From contig CAVSQY010000010.1 of NCBI GenBank assembly GCA_963730285.1, forward strand, positions 2,721 to 66,720: a stretch of DNA of 64,000 bases, in the 5' to 3' direction. This document shows, piece by piece, positions 47,975 through 56,750 of the stretch. How positions within the stretch are numbered: position 1 is the first letter of the stretch; each line of letters starts with the position of its first letter. The notes under the pieces were generated by a model. It was not told the origin of the DNA, made no database searches, and worked only from the letters and a program-made list of their open reading frames with translations. This DNA is from an uncultured Actinomycetes bacterium (GTDB lineage Bacteria > Actinomycetota > Acidimicrobiia > Spongiisociales > ZC4RG35). The position numbers and the translations under genes are program-made.

Positions 47975-49369
47975 ATGAATCGAATGCATAGGCTGATGGC
48001 CATGCTCGCTGTCCTGGCGATGGTTCTTGCCGCTTGCGGTGGGAGCAGCGGGGGCAACGAGACCACCACCACAGCAGGTGGTGATCAGGGAGGCACCAGC
48101 TTCACCGACGTCGACGTCTCTGGCACCGAGGTTTCCGTATGGGGAGCCCCGACCGGTGATGAGGGTCAGTCCATCCAGAACACCTTCAACGTCTACGCCA
48201 CGGCCGAGGACGCCACAGTCAACTGGCTGGGCAGCGACTCGTTCGAGCAGGACCTGAGGATCGCGGTCGATGGTGGCTCACCACCCGACATCGCAATCAC
48301 CCCTCAGCCGGGCTCGATTTGTGAGTTCGCCGACAAGGGCAACCTGGTATCGCTCGAGGACATGGGATTCGACATCTCAGCGCTAGAGGCCGCACACGGT
48401 GCGTACTTCATCGGTCTCGGTGCGTGCGCCGACGGCAACCACTATGCCGTCCCGACCAACGCCAACTACAAGAGCATCATCTGGTACAACAAGCCTGCCT
48501 TCGAGGCTGCGGGATATGAGATCCCGACCACCTGGGATGAGCTTGTCGCCCTGTCCCAGCAGATTCAGGACGACGGGACCACGCCTTGGTGCATCGGTCT
48601 CGGTTCCGAGGCCGCGACTGGCTGGCCGGGCACGGACTGGGTCGAGGACGTCATGGTCCGCACCGCGGGCGCCGACGTCTACAACCAGTGGGTGAACCAC
48701 GAGATCCCGTTCAACGATCCGGCGGTGAAGACGGCCCTCGACACTATTGCCGAGATCTGGTTCCACGACGGTTGGGTGCTCGGTGGGATCGACGGCGTCT
48801 CCGCCATCGACTTCCGCGATGCGCCAGACCCGATGTTCAACGACCCGCCAAGCTGCATGCTGCACAGGCAGGCATCGTTCATCGCCAACTTCTTCCCCGA
48901 AGGGGTTGTCGCTGGAACGGATGCCGACTTCTTCGACTTCCCGGCTGTTGACACCAGCCTGCCCCCCGCCGCCATGGGTGGTGGTGAGCTGGCCATCGTG
49001 TTCAACAATCGGCCAGAAGTCGTTGCGTTCCTGCAGGCCTACGCAGGGCCTGACCTGCAATGTGTCCAGGCATCTCCAACCGGTGACGGCACGAATGGCA
49101 ACGGGACCGCCGATCTCGCGGCACCGATCGAGAGAATCTCGGCCAACGCCAACACCCCTACCGACTGTTATGAGTCGGACACGGTGAAGAGGCAGGCAGC
49201 TGCTGTCGCAGCGGCTTTGGGCGCGAACGGATTCGTCTTCGACGCATCCGACCTCATGGTTCCCGCTGTCGGTCAGGGCTCCTTCTGGACCGGAATGGTC
49301 GATTGGACCCGTGGCACATCGACAGACGACGTGCTCAACACAATCGAGGACAGCTGGCCCGCCACCTGA
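47975..49369 (+). CDS. Sugar ABC transporter substrate-binding lipoprotein
   Basis: The SD GGAGGAG precedes ATG 47975. The lipoprotein signal is MNRMHRLMAMLAVLAMVLAACGG. It is divergent from the GH13 gene. Confidence 0.85.
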   Translation: MNRMHRLMAMLAVLAMVLAACGGSSGGNETTTTAGGDQGGTSFTDVDVSGTEVSVWGAPTGDEGQSIQNTFNVYATAEDATVNWLGSDSFEQDLRIAVDGGSPPDIAITPQPGSICEFADKGNLVSLEDMGFDISALEAAHGAYFIGLGACADGNHYAVPTNANYKSIIWYNKPAFEAAGYEIPTTWDELVALSQQIQDDGTTPWCIGLGSEAATGWPGTDWVEDVMVRTAGADVYNQWVNHEIPFNDPAVKTALDTIAEIWFHDGWVLGGIDGVSAIDFRDAPDPMFNDPPSCMLHRQASFIANFFPEGVVAGTDADFFDFPAVDTSLPPAAMGGGELAIVFNNRPEVVAFLQAYAGPDLQCVQASPTGDGTNGNGTADLAAPIERISANANTPTDCYESDTVKRQAAAVAAALGANGFVFDASDLMVPAVGQGSFWTGMVDWTRGTSTDDVLNTIEDSWPAT

Positions 49370-49395
49370 CGGACTGCTGAAGATCGAAAACAATG

Positions 49396-49430
49396 GGAGG
49401 GTGGTCGATCGGCCACCCTCCTTCTCTTTT
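49396..49430 (+). terminator. Intrinsic terminator/attenuating hairpin after the binding-protein gene
   Basis: GGAGGGTGG-N8-CCACCCTCC (9-bp perfect stem) is followed by TTCTCTTTT. Confidence 0.6.
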
Positions 49431-49472
49431 GGCTAGAGTCGATTTCCGACCTATCGGAGGAGCGAGCAGAGA

Positions 49473-50630
49473 GTGAGCGTTTCAGGCGAAACCGACATCA
49501 AGCCCCAGCCTCCCGTCGACAGTGGCCCGGGCGGGAATGGCGGTCGGGGCGGGCTGTCTCTGAACCTGCTGCGGATCGGGGTGTCACTGGTGGTCCCGAT
49601 CCTGGCCATCCTGGGCCTCTACTACGCCGGCACCGTCCTGCTCGATGCCGACGCCAACCGCGCCCTCGTGGTGCTGATGGCACTGATAGTCGGTGTGCTC
49701 GGTGTGTTCGGGCTCTACTACGGGATGGACTGGGTCATCCACAAGATGCCGGAGCAATATCGCGACCGGGTGCGGCCTTTTGCCTTCGTCGGCCCGGCCG
49801 TGGTCATCCTGGCCATCTTCCTCCTGTACCCGACCTTCAACACCATCGTCCTCAGCTTCAAGGACAAGGCGGGCGAGGGCTGGGTCGGTTTGGACAACTA
49901 CATCAACGTGTTCACCAGCTCGGACACGCTGATTGCGTTGAGAAACTCGGTGGTCTGGGTAATCGTCGTGCCGCTGTTCTCGGTGGTGATTGGTCTCGGA
50001 TTCGCCGTCCTGTCCGACAAACTTGGACGCCGGAGCGAGTCGCTTTCCAAAACATTCATATTCATGCCGATGGCGATCTCTTTTGTCGGCGCATCGATCG
50101 TCTGGCGCTTCGTGTACAACTTCCGCCCCGAAGGGTTTGGAGCGCAGATCGGTCTCCTCAACGGGCTCCTCACCGGCGTCGGAGGGTCCCCGGTCGCTTG
50201 GCTGCTCCAGGAGCCGTGGAACAACTTCTATCTGATGGTGATCCTCATCTGGCTGCAGACGGGATTCGCCATGGTGATCCTGTCCGCGGCGATCAAATCG
50301 GTGCCGGAGGACATCATCGAGGCGGCGAGGATCGACGGCGCCTCCGAGTTCCAGGTATTCCGCAGTGTCACGATTCCCTCGATCGCCTCCACGATCGTGG
50401 TGGTCTCGACCACGGTGATCATCACTGTGTGGAAGGTGTTTGACATCGTGTTCGTGATGACTGGTGGCAAGTTCGGTACCTCGGTGGTTGCCGAGCGAAT
50501 GGTCACCGAGTTCTTCACGTTCCGTAACAGCGGAAGCGGCGCGACACTTGCGGTGGTGCTCTTGGTAGCCATCATCCCGCTGATGATCGCCAACGTGAAA
50601 CGGTTTAGGGAGCAGGAGGAGACCCGATGA
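49473..50630 (+). CDS. Sugar ABC transporter permease (MalF-like)
   Basis: Polytopic protein with EAA-loop IEAARIDGASEFQVFRSVTIP. GTG start. Confidence 0.85.
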   Translation: MSVSGETDIKPQPPVDSGPGGNGGRGGLSLNLLRIGVSLVVPILAILGLYYAGTVLLDADANRALVVLMALIVGVLGVFGLYYGMDWVIHKMPEQYRDRVRPFAFVGPAVVILAIFLLYPTFNTIVLSFKDKAGEGWVGLDNYINVFTSSDTLIALRNSVVWVIVVPLFSVVIGLGFAVLSDKLGRRSESLSKTFIFMPMAISFVGASIVWRFVYNFRPEGFGAQIGLLNGLLTGVGGSPVAWLLQEPWNNFYLMVILIWLQTGFAMVILSAAIKSVPEDIIEAARIDGASEFQVFRSVTIPSIASTIVVVSTTVIITVWKVFDIVFVMTGGKFGTSVVAERMVTEFFTFRNSGSGATLAVVLLVAIIPLMIANVKRFREQEETR

Positions 50631-51532
50631 CAGCCACCACCGCACCAACCCGGGTTGAATCCGCATCGAACGAGGGGCCGTCCTTCTGGGGCCGGGTCTT
50701 CGCACGCTGGCCGATCAAGCTGGCCATCCTGATCATCGTCATCATCTGGGTCGTCCCGACACTCGGCGTCCTGATCAGCTCGTTCCGCTCACCAGGCGAT
50801 GTCAATGCGACCGGATGGTGGACCGTGTTCACCAACCCGGGCGCAACGACGTGGACGTTCGACAACTACAACCAGGTGCTCAACTCGGTCGGGTTCGGGA
50901 ATGCCTTCCTGAACAGCCTGTCGGTGACCATCCCGGCGACGGTGATACCGATCACCATCGCCGCATTCGCTGCATATGCCTTCGCCTGGATGGATTTCCC
51001 GGGGCGTCAGTGGATCTTCATCACTGTGGTGGCGCTGTTGGTGGTCCCGTTGCAGATGGCGCTGATACCTCTTCTGCGGCTCTACGTGAACTTCGACCTC
51101 AATGGGACCTTCCCCGCCGTCTGGCTGGCACACACCGGCTTCGGGTTACCGCTGGCCATATACCTGTTGCGCAACTACATAGGGTCACTGCCTTCTTCGA
51201 TGATGGAATCGGCCACGATCGACGGCGCCACTCATTTCGAGATCTTCACCAAGCTGGTGGTCCCGCTATCGGTGCCGGTTCTGGCCTCGTTCGCCATATT
51301 CCAGTTCCTGTGGGTCTGGAACGACCTGCTGGTGGCCCTGGTCTTCCTGGGCGGCGAGCCCAAGGTCCGGGTAGTCACTCTGGCCCTGAGGGACTTGAAC
51401 GGGTCGAGGGGCGAGGCGTGGCATCTGCTCACCGCCGGCGCCTTCATCACCATGGCGCTTCCCATAATCGTGTTCCTGAGTCTCCAGCGATACTTCGTGC
51501 GGGGTCTGACGGCAGGTTCGGTCAAGGGCTGA
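50627..51532 (+). CDS. Sugar ABC transporter permease (MalG-like)
   Basis: EAA-loop MESATIDGATHFEIFTKLVVP is present. It overlaps the upstream gene by 4 nt. Confidence 0.85.
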   Translation: MTATTAPTRVESASNEGPSFWGRVFARWPIKLAILIIVIIWVVPTLGVLISSFRSPGDVNATGWWTVFTNPGATTWTFDNYNQVLNSVGFGNAFLNSLSVTIPATVIPITIAAFAAYAFAWMDFPGRQWIFITVVALLVVPLQMALIPLLRLYVNFDLNGTFPAVWLAHTGFGLPLAIYLLRNYIGSLPSSMMESATIDGATHFEIFTKLVVPLSVPVLASFAIFQFLWVWNDLLVALVFLGGEPKVRVVTLALRDLNGSRGEAWHLLTAGAFITMALPIIVFLSLQRYFVRGLTAGSVKG

Positions 51533-51560
51533 CGGGCACCGTCACCCTTGACCCAAATCG

Positions 51561-52088
51561 ATGACTGATATCCGGCGCGCCCCGGTCCCGATGTGGCGCA
51601 CCTGGCTGGCCATCGCTGTGGGCACAGTCATCCAGATCGTCAGCTTCGGGTCCATCCTGGTCGGAGCGCTCGCCTCGACAGGCGACCAGCAGGTCGCAGC
51701 GGGGCCCGCCTATGCGCTTGGCTTCGGCCTGGTTCCGGTCGTCTTCGTCCTCGTTGCCTTCGTGTCCTCCGTACAGGGCGCCCCCCTGGCGATCCTCAAG
51801 GCCATGGGGCTCTGGCTCATCCTGGCACTGCCGCTTGGTTTGGTGAATCCGGTGGTTGGCCTGTGCGCCGGGTTCTCGGCCGGGGCCACAGTCACATTGC
51901 GAAGACCCGAGGAGCCCAAGAAATGGGCCCGGGCGATCGCCGCGGCGGTGACCGTCGTCTATGTGACCGTCCTGGTGCTGATACTCCCTCAAGCCGGCAT
52001 CTTCGCCGGAGCGGTGACGCCCTTGCTGGCGATGAGAGTCGCCGACGGCTACTCGGATAACAAGACTTCGACCTCGGACGCCGACTGA
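51561..52088 (+). CDS. Hypothetical polytopic membrane protein
   Basis: 175 aa with 5 predicted hydrophobic helices. I recognise no family. Confidence 0.5.
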   Translation: MTDIRRAPVPMWRTWLAIAVGTVIQIVSFGSILVGALASTGDQQVAAGPAYALGFGLVPVVFVLVAFVSSVQGAPLAILKAMGLWLILALPLGLVNPVVGLCAGFSAGATVTLRRPEEPKKWARAIAAAVTVVYVTVLVLILPQAGIFAGAVTPLLAMRVADGYSDNKTSTSDAD

Positions 52089-53290
52089 CCCTCCTCCAGG
52101 TCGAAGCCCGGCGTCCCGGCCTCCACCCAGTCCTCGAAGGCCTCGTCGTTGTCCACGTCACGCTGCTTGTCGCTGGCCAGACGAAATCGGTGTGCAAGAA
52201 AGTCGCAGTAGGCCTGGATCGGGTCGCCATCTCTAATCTCGCTGACCCTCTCGACGATCGGCTCGAAGGAGTTGGTCAACCACTTGAACACACCGACACT
52301 CTTGCCTGACTGCGTGGTGAAGTCTTTCTTGGCCAGGTAGTAGTTCAGATCACTCAGGATGGTACGAGCCTGGTTCTCGGAGGCGTCGATGCCGCTCATC
52401 TGACGCAAGCGCTCCGAATGAAATGTGCGACCGGCGACATGGGCATTCATCCTGACCACGTTGCCCCTCCCGGTCGGGTCGAGGAAGACGTCGTCGACTG
52501 AGAACCCGAGGTCGTTGAGCCTGCCGATCCGCTCCCGGATTTTGTAACCCTCGTTGGTTCCGATCACCAGTTCTTCGGTCAACTCGGCCCATAGACCGTG
52601 ATAGCGATGGGAAATGTCTTCTCCCAGGCCGAGATCGGCGGCGTCGAGCTCTACGCCATTCATGGCGGCGATGTCTGCCATCTCACCGGCGACGTTCATC
52701 TCCATGATCTCGAGATCCTCGTGACGCTGCCCATCGCTGAGTGATGGCCACAAACGCGATGTTTCCCCGTCGATCATGATCGCCTCGATCGCCTCGGCGT
52801 CGTAGCGGTAGAGCACGTTCGAGAGCGAGCAATCGCCCCAGAAGCACCCGGCGAGATGCAACTCGACCAACATCCCGGCCAGGGCATCGAGCATCTGAGT
52901 TCGGCGTCGGCCAAAGCCGGCACCGGACACCAGGTTTCGATAGGGAAAGGAGTGTTCGACATATCGGGTGATCACCGCTGCGGCCTGCTCCTCGTGGGGA
53001 TCGAGCCAAACTCGCTCCACCAACCCGACTGGCTCGGCGGTTCGAGTCGTTGTCTCCTCGAGCTCCCGCAAAATGTGATACTCGTTGTGAGCCAGCCGCT
53101 GAGGCAGCTCTTTGACCACGAAGATGCCCTCGTCATAGGCCACGAAAGTCACCGGGTGACGGTGTATCCCGGTAGGGACTTCGACCTGACGCGGGTGGTC
53201 CCACACCTCGATCGGCGTCTCCCAGGGAAGATCGAGGAAATCCGGGTAGGTGGGCCGGATCTGGAGATGCGGTATGCCCATTGCCCACAT
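52049..53290 (-). CDS. DUF4032 domain-containing protein (kinase-fold-like)
   Basis: It is collinear with DUF4032 as I remember the family (HPVTFVAYDEGIFVVKELP...LAGCFWGDCSLSNVLY...IMIDGETS). Its 3' end overlaps the convergent membrane gene by 40 nt. Confidence 0.65.
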   Translation of the reverse strand: MWAMGIPHLQIRPTYPDFLDLPWETPIEVWDHPRQVEVPTGIHRHPVTFVAYDEGIFVVKELPQRLAHNEYHILRELEETTTRTAEPVGLVERVWLDPHEEQAAAVITRYVEHSFPYRNLVSGAGFGRRRTQMLDALAGMLVELHLAGCFWGDCSLSNVLYRYDAEAIEAIMIDGETSRLWPSLSDGQRHEDLEIMEMNVAGEMADIAAMNGVELDAADLGLGEDISHRYHGLWAELTEELVIGTNEGYKIRERIGRLNDLGFSVDDVFLDPTGRGNVVRMNAHVAGRTFHSERLRQMSGIDASENQARTILSDLNYYLAKKDFTTQSGKSVGVFKWLTNSFEPIVERVSEIRDGDPIQAYCDFLAHRFRLASDKQRDVDNDEAFEDWVEAGTPGFDLEEGQSASEVEVLLSE

Positions 53291-53336
53291 GTAAGTCGAT
53301 CATGAGCCTGTCGATCGGTCGGGAACTCGAGCCTCG

Positions 53337-54215
53337 CTATCCGGCAGACTCGAGGACGGCCAGTGCGAGGCCCCCCGCCAAGCCCGAAAGGTCACCGAGA
53401 CCCGGCGTGGCAAGGAGATCGCCTTGATGCTCGGGCAAGCCCGGATACCCCGCCAGTTGGCGGGGGACTTCGCTGACCAAGGCATCGAAGAGCCCGTCGA
53501 GGTTCATCACCCCTCCTCCAATGATGATCCGCGAGGGGGCAATGGCATAGACGATGTCACGCATCAGCTGCGACAGATAGAAGGCCTCGAGGCGGATGGC
53601 CTCGGCCAGGTGCCCCCCATCCAACGAGGCACCCGGCATGCCGAATCGCTCCTCTATCGCAGTCCCCGAAGCCAGGCCCTCTATACAATCGCCGTGGAAT
53701 GGGCAGGTGCCGGCGAAAGGGTCGCGGGAGTCCCTGACCGCGATCATGTGCCCCATCTCGGGATGCCCGAGACCATGGTGGGGCCGCCCCCCGATCACCA
53801 ACCCACCGCCGATCCCGGTTCCCACGGTCACATAGACGACCGGGTCGTGACCCATGCCCGCCCCCCATGTGAGCTCGCCGAGCGCGGCGGTGTTGACATC
53901 GGTGTCGAAAGCGACGGGAACCCGGAGGCCGTCCAACAGAGCTCCTACCACATCCGCCCCCGACCAACCCGGCTTCGGGGTTCGGGTCACATGCCCGTAC
54001 TCGGGGTGATCGGGCCGGAGCTCCACCGGGCCGAAACAGGCAACTCCAACTGTCTGGATCGGATAGGCCTGGAGATGCGCGATGATGCCACCAAGTGTGA
54101 TCTCAGGTTCTTCGGTCGGGATCGTCAGTACATCCGAGATCTCACCGGACTCCTCGCCCACGGCACACCTGGTCTTCGTCCCACCGAGCTCGACCGTCCC
54201 ATACAGCGCTGTCAC
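53337..54215 (-). CDS. ROK-family sugar kinase (fructokinase/glucokinase-like)
   Basis: ELGGTKTRCAV, GTGIGGGLV and the Zn/sugar motif GHMIAVRDSRDPFAGTCPFHGDCIEGLASG are present. The start is uncertain (GTG 54215 chosen; the ORF extends to 54272). Confidence 0.8.
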   Translation of the reverse strand: MTALYGTVELGGTKTRCAVGEESGEISDVLTIPTEEPEITLGGIIAHLQAYPIQTVGVACFGPVELRPDHPEYGHVTRTPKPGWSGADVVGALLDGLRVPVAFDTDVNTAALGELTWGAGMGHDPVVYVTVGTGIGGGLVIGGRPHHGLGHPEMGHMIAVRDSRDPFAGTCPFHGDCIEGLASGTAIEERFGMPGASLDGGHLAEAIRLEAFYLSQLMRDIVYAIAPSRIIIGGGVMNLDGLFDALVSEVPRQLAGYPGLPEHQGDLLATPGLGDLSGLAGGLALAVLESAG

Positions 54216-54251
54216 GAGGTGCAATCTAGATGCCGGCCCACGGCGGCCACC

Positions 54252-54280
54252 TTGACATGGCCCCGGACACATTGTTTACT
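54252..54280 (+). promoter_or_regulatory. Sigma-70-type promoter of the ilvB leader
   Basis: TTGACA - 17 nt - TTTACT. The -10 ends 10 nt before the leader-peptide ATG, so the transcript is leaderless or nearly leaderless. Confidence 0.55.
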
Positions 54281-54290
54281 TGAACAGCCA

Positions 54291-54338
54291 ATGAAGCGAC
54301 CCATCAACCCCTCCCAAGTACTCCTGCTTATCGAATAG
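54291..54338 (+). CDS. ilvB leader peptide (15 aa, BCAA-rich)
   Basis: MKRPINPSQVLLLIE has five consecutive Val/Leu/Ile codons just before the stop. It sits between the promoter and the hairpin/terminator pair. Confidence 0.6.
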   Translation: MKRPINPSQVLLLIE

Positions 54339-54365
54339 CGCGCGCAAAGAACCTTGCGTGCGCTC

Positions 54366-54392
54366 AACCCTCCCCTCGGAGGGTTTTTTGTT
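54366..54392 (+). terminator. ilvB attenuator terminator
   Basis: AACCCUCC-CCUC-GGAGGGUU (8-bp stem) is followed by UUUUGUU. It ends 7 nt before the ilvB ATG. It is preceded by an 11-bp hairpin at 54337-54364. Confidence 0.7.
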
Positions 54393-54398
54393 ACCCAC

Positions 54399-56117
54399 AT
54401 GACAGACACGAAATACACCGGATCACACTCACTGATAGAGAGCCTCGAGCACGAAGGCGTCGAGCTGATGTTTGGTGTGCCCGGAGGCGCCATCCTTCCC
54501 GCCTATGACCCCCTCCTGGACAGTCCCATACGGCACGTCCTGGCCCGGCATGAACAGGGCGCCGGGCACATGGCCGAGGGCTATGCCCAAGCCACCGGAC
54601 GTGTGGGCGTGGTCATGGCCACCTCCGGGCCCGGGGCCACCAACCTGATAACCCCACTCCAAAACGCCCTGATGGACTCCACTCCGATCGTGGCGATCAC
54701 GGGCCAGGTGGCCACCAGCTCGATCGGAAGCGATGCATTCCAGGAGGCTTACACCACGGGCCTGGCCATGCATTGCACCAAGCACGCCTACATGGTCACC
54801 GATGCGGCGGATATCCCGAACGTCATCCACGAGGCCTTCCATCTGGCGTCCACCGGCCGGCCGGGCCCGGTGTTGGTCGACATTCCCAAGGACGTCCTCA
54901 ACCAGGAGACGACGTGGAGCGAGCCCACGCTGGACAACCTCCCCGGATACAAACCGACCCAGTCGGGACATCCGATGCAAATCAGGGCCGCCGTCAAGTT
55001 GATCGAGTCAGCAGAGCGGCCCGTGTTGTACGTCGGAGGCGGTGTCCTGAAGGCAAACGCCGCCAGTGAGCTGCTCGCGTTTGCCGAAGCGGCGAACGCC
55101 CCAGTGGTCACGACGCTCATGGCCAGGGGAGCCTTCCCCGACGGTCATCGTCTGGCTCTGGGGATGCCCGGCATGCACGGCGTCTACACGGCCACCACCG
55201 CCATCCAGAAATGTGATGTCCTCGTGAGCGTGGCCGCCCGTTTCGACGATCGGGTCACTGGTGACCCCAATGCCTTCGCCCCCGACGCCGCGGTCATACA
55301 CATCGACGTCGACCCCGCCGAGATCGGAAAGGTCCGGACGGCGGAGGTTCCCATAGTCGGCGATGCCCGCTCGGTCCTGGCCGATCTCCTCTCCGCTCTC
55401 GAGAAGTCCCGTGGCGACAAGCCCGCCCCGGAGAGAACGGCCTGGTTCGACCAGCTCACGGTCTGGAAACGCGACTACCCGCTGTCCTATGAACAGGACC
55501 CAGACGGGCCGATCAAGGTCCAGCATTTCATCGAGCGGCTGTATGCCGCCACGGGTGGTGAGGCTGTGATCGCTGCCGGCGTGGGTCAGCATCAGATGTG
55601 GGCTTCGCAGTTCTGGGGCTTCTCCGCCCCCCGCAGCTGGATCAACTCCGGAGGGCTGGGGACGATGGGGTTTGCCGTCCCCGCTGCCGTCGGCGCCAAG
55701 GCAGCGCGTCCCGATGACCTGGTGATCGCTCTGGACGGCGACGGCTGCTTCCAGATGACCCTCCAGGAGCTGATCACCGCCGCCACCGAGAACATCCCGG
55801 TCAAGATCGTCGTGTTCAACAACGGCGGTTACGGCATGGTGAAGCAATGGCAGAACCTCTTCTATGGCGGTCGACTCTCGGCCACCGACCTCGGAACCAC
55901 CATCCCTGACTATCCGAAGCTGGCCGAGGCTATGGGGTGTGTCGGGATCAAGATCGACCACCCCACCGAGATCGACGCCGCCATCGAGAAGGTCCTGGCC
56001 ATAGTGGACCGGCCGGTCGTGCTCGAAGTGGTGGTCGATCCCGACGAGATGTGCTTCCCGATGGTGCCGGCGGGCGGATCCAACGATCGCGTCGTGATGA
56101 AGTTGGAAGATCTCTGA
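54399..56117 (+). CDS. ilvB: Acetolactate synthase large subunit
   Basis: MTDTKYTGSHSLIESLEHEGVELMFGVPGGAILPAYD is present, with the TPP motif GLGTMGFAVPAAVGAK...DGDGCFQMTLQEL...NNGGYGMV. Confidence 0.95.
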   Translation: MTDTKYTGSHSLIESLEHEGVELMFGVPGGAILPAYDPLLDSPIRHVLARHEQGAGHMAEGYAQATGRVGVVMATSGPGATNLITPLQNALMDSTPIVAITGQVATSSIGSDAFQEAYTTGLAMHCTKHAYMVTDAADIPNVIHEAFHLASTGRPGPVLVDIPKDVLNQETTWSEPTLDNLPGYKPTQSGHPMQIRAAVKLIESAERPVLYVGGGVLKANAASELLAFAEAANAPVVTTLMARGAFPDGHRLALGMPGMHGVYTATTAIQKCDVLVSVAARFDDRVTGDPNAFAPDAAVIHIDVDPAEIGKVRTAEVPIVGDARSVLADLLSALEKSRGDKPAPERTAWFDQLTVWKRDYPLSYEQDPDGPIKVQHFIERLYAATGGEAVIAAGVGQHQMWASQFWGFSAPRSWINSGGLGTMGFAVPAAVGAKAARPDDLVIALDGDGCFQMTLQELITAATENIPVKIVVFNNGGYGMVKQWQNLFYGGRLSATDLGTTIPDYPKLAEAMGCVGIKIDHPTEIDAAIEKVLAIVDRPVVLEVVVDPDEMCFPMVPAGGSNDRVVMKLEDL

Positions 56118-56626
56118 TGCAGCACACACTGACCGTCCTCGTCGAGGACAAGGCCGGCGTGTTGGCCCGGGTATCCGCCATGTTCTCCAATCGCGGTTTC
56201 AACATCCACTCCCTTGCCGTGGGGCCCACCCATCAGGAGGGAAGGTCCCGCATCACTCTCGTGGTCGACGCCCCTGAGCTCGAGCAACTGAAGAAACAGC
56301 TCAACAAGCTGGTCAACGTGATCAAGGTCCAGGAGATGGAATCTGCAGAGGCACTGGAGCGCGAGGTCATGATCGTGCGGATCAGCGCCCCGCCGTCCAG
56401 CCGGGGCGAGGTCCGCGACACCGCCTCTCTCTTCGACGCACGGATCATCGACATCTCCAGCAGCGCCATGACCTTCGAGGTGGCCGGGACGCCCCAGCAC
56501 CTCCAGGCTTTTCTCGAGCACCTCTCGCCCTATGGGGTCATCGACCTGGTCAAGTCGGGCCGGATCGCCATGCGCCGCGAGTCCGAGCTGACACCATCGT
56601 CGATGGTGTCAGGAGCGGGGAAATGA
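56117..56626 (+). CDS. ilvN: Acetolactate synthase small (regulatory) subunit
   Basis: The ACT domain HTLTVLVEDKAGVLARVSAMFSNRGFNIHSLAV is present. The ATG overlaps the ilvB stop (TGATG). Confidence 0.9.
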   Translation: MQHTLTVLVEDKAGVLARVSAMFSNRGFNIHSLAVGPTHQEGRSRITLVVDAPELEQLKKQLNKLVNVIKVQEMESAEALEREVMIVRISAPPSSRGEVRDTASLFDARIIDISSSAMTFEVAGTPQHLQAFLEHLSPYGVIDLVKSGRIAMRRESELTPSSMVSGAGK

Positions 56627-56750
56627 CTCTTTCGACACCGCTCACGACCATCGGCGGGATACATCTGGGCCTCGCCCTTATCTAGCCGGTCGGCCCCGAC
56701 TCGGGCAGATCGGCGCTCGCATCCCGACGCACTTCAAAAGGAGCAGGACC

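Noticed and set aside
54354-54398. Longer ilvB start at TTG 54354
   Set aside because: It would place the start codon inside the 11-bp leader hairpin and translate through the terminator. Family homology begins after ATG 54399.
55008-56129. Long antisense or alternative-frame ORFs (for example 55008-56129, 49584-50705, 35090-36145, 32199-33338, 32981-33982, 23900-24670, 24674-25300, 7379-8155, 21233-21961)
   Set aside because: All overlap genes with strong family motifs on the other strand or in another frame. Their translations are Arg/Gly/Pro/His-rich without recognisable domains. ORF 21233-21961 also runs across a tRNA gene.
56627-56750. Leu-rich leader peptide or attenuator upstream of the leuA-like gene
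   Set aside because: The spacer contains no ATG/GTG-initiated short ORF with Leu codons and no hairpin with a U-tract. Only an SD (AAAAGGAG) is evident.
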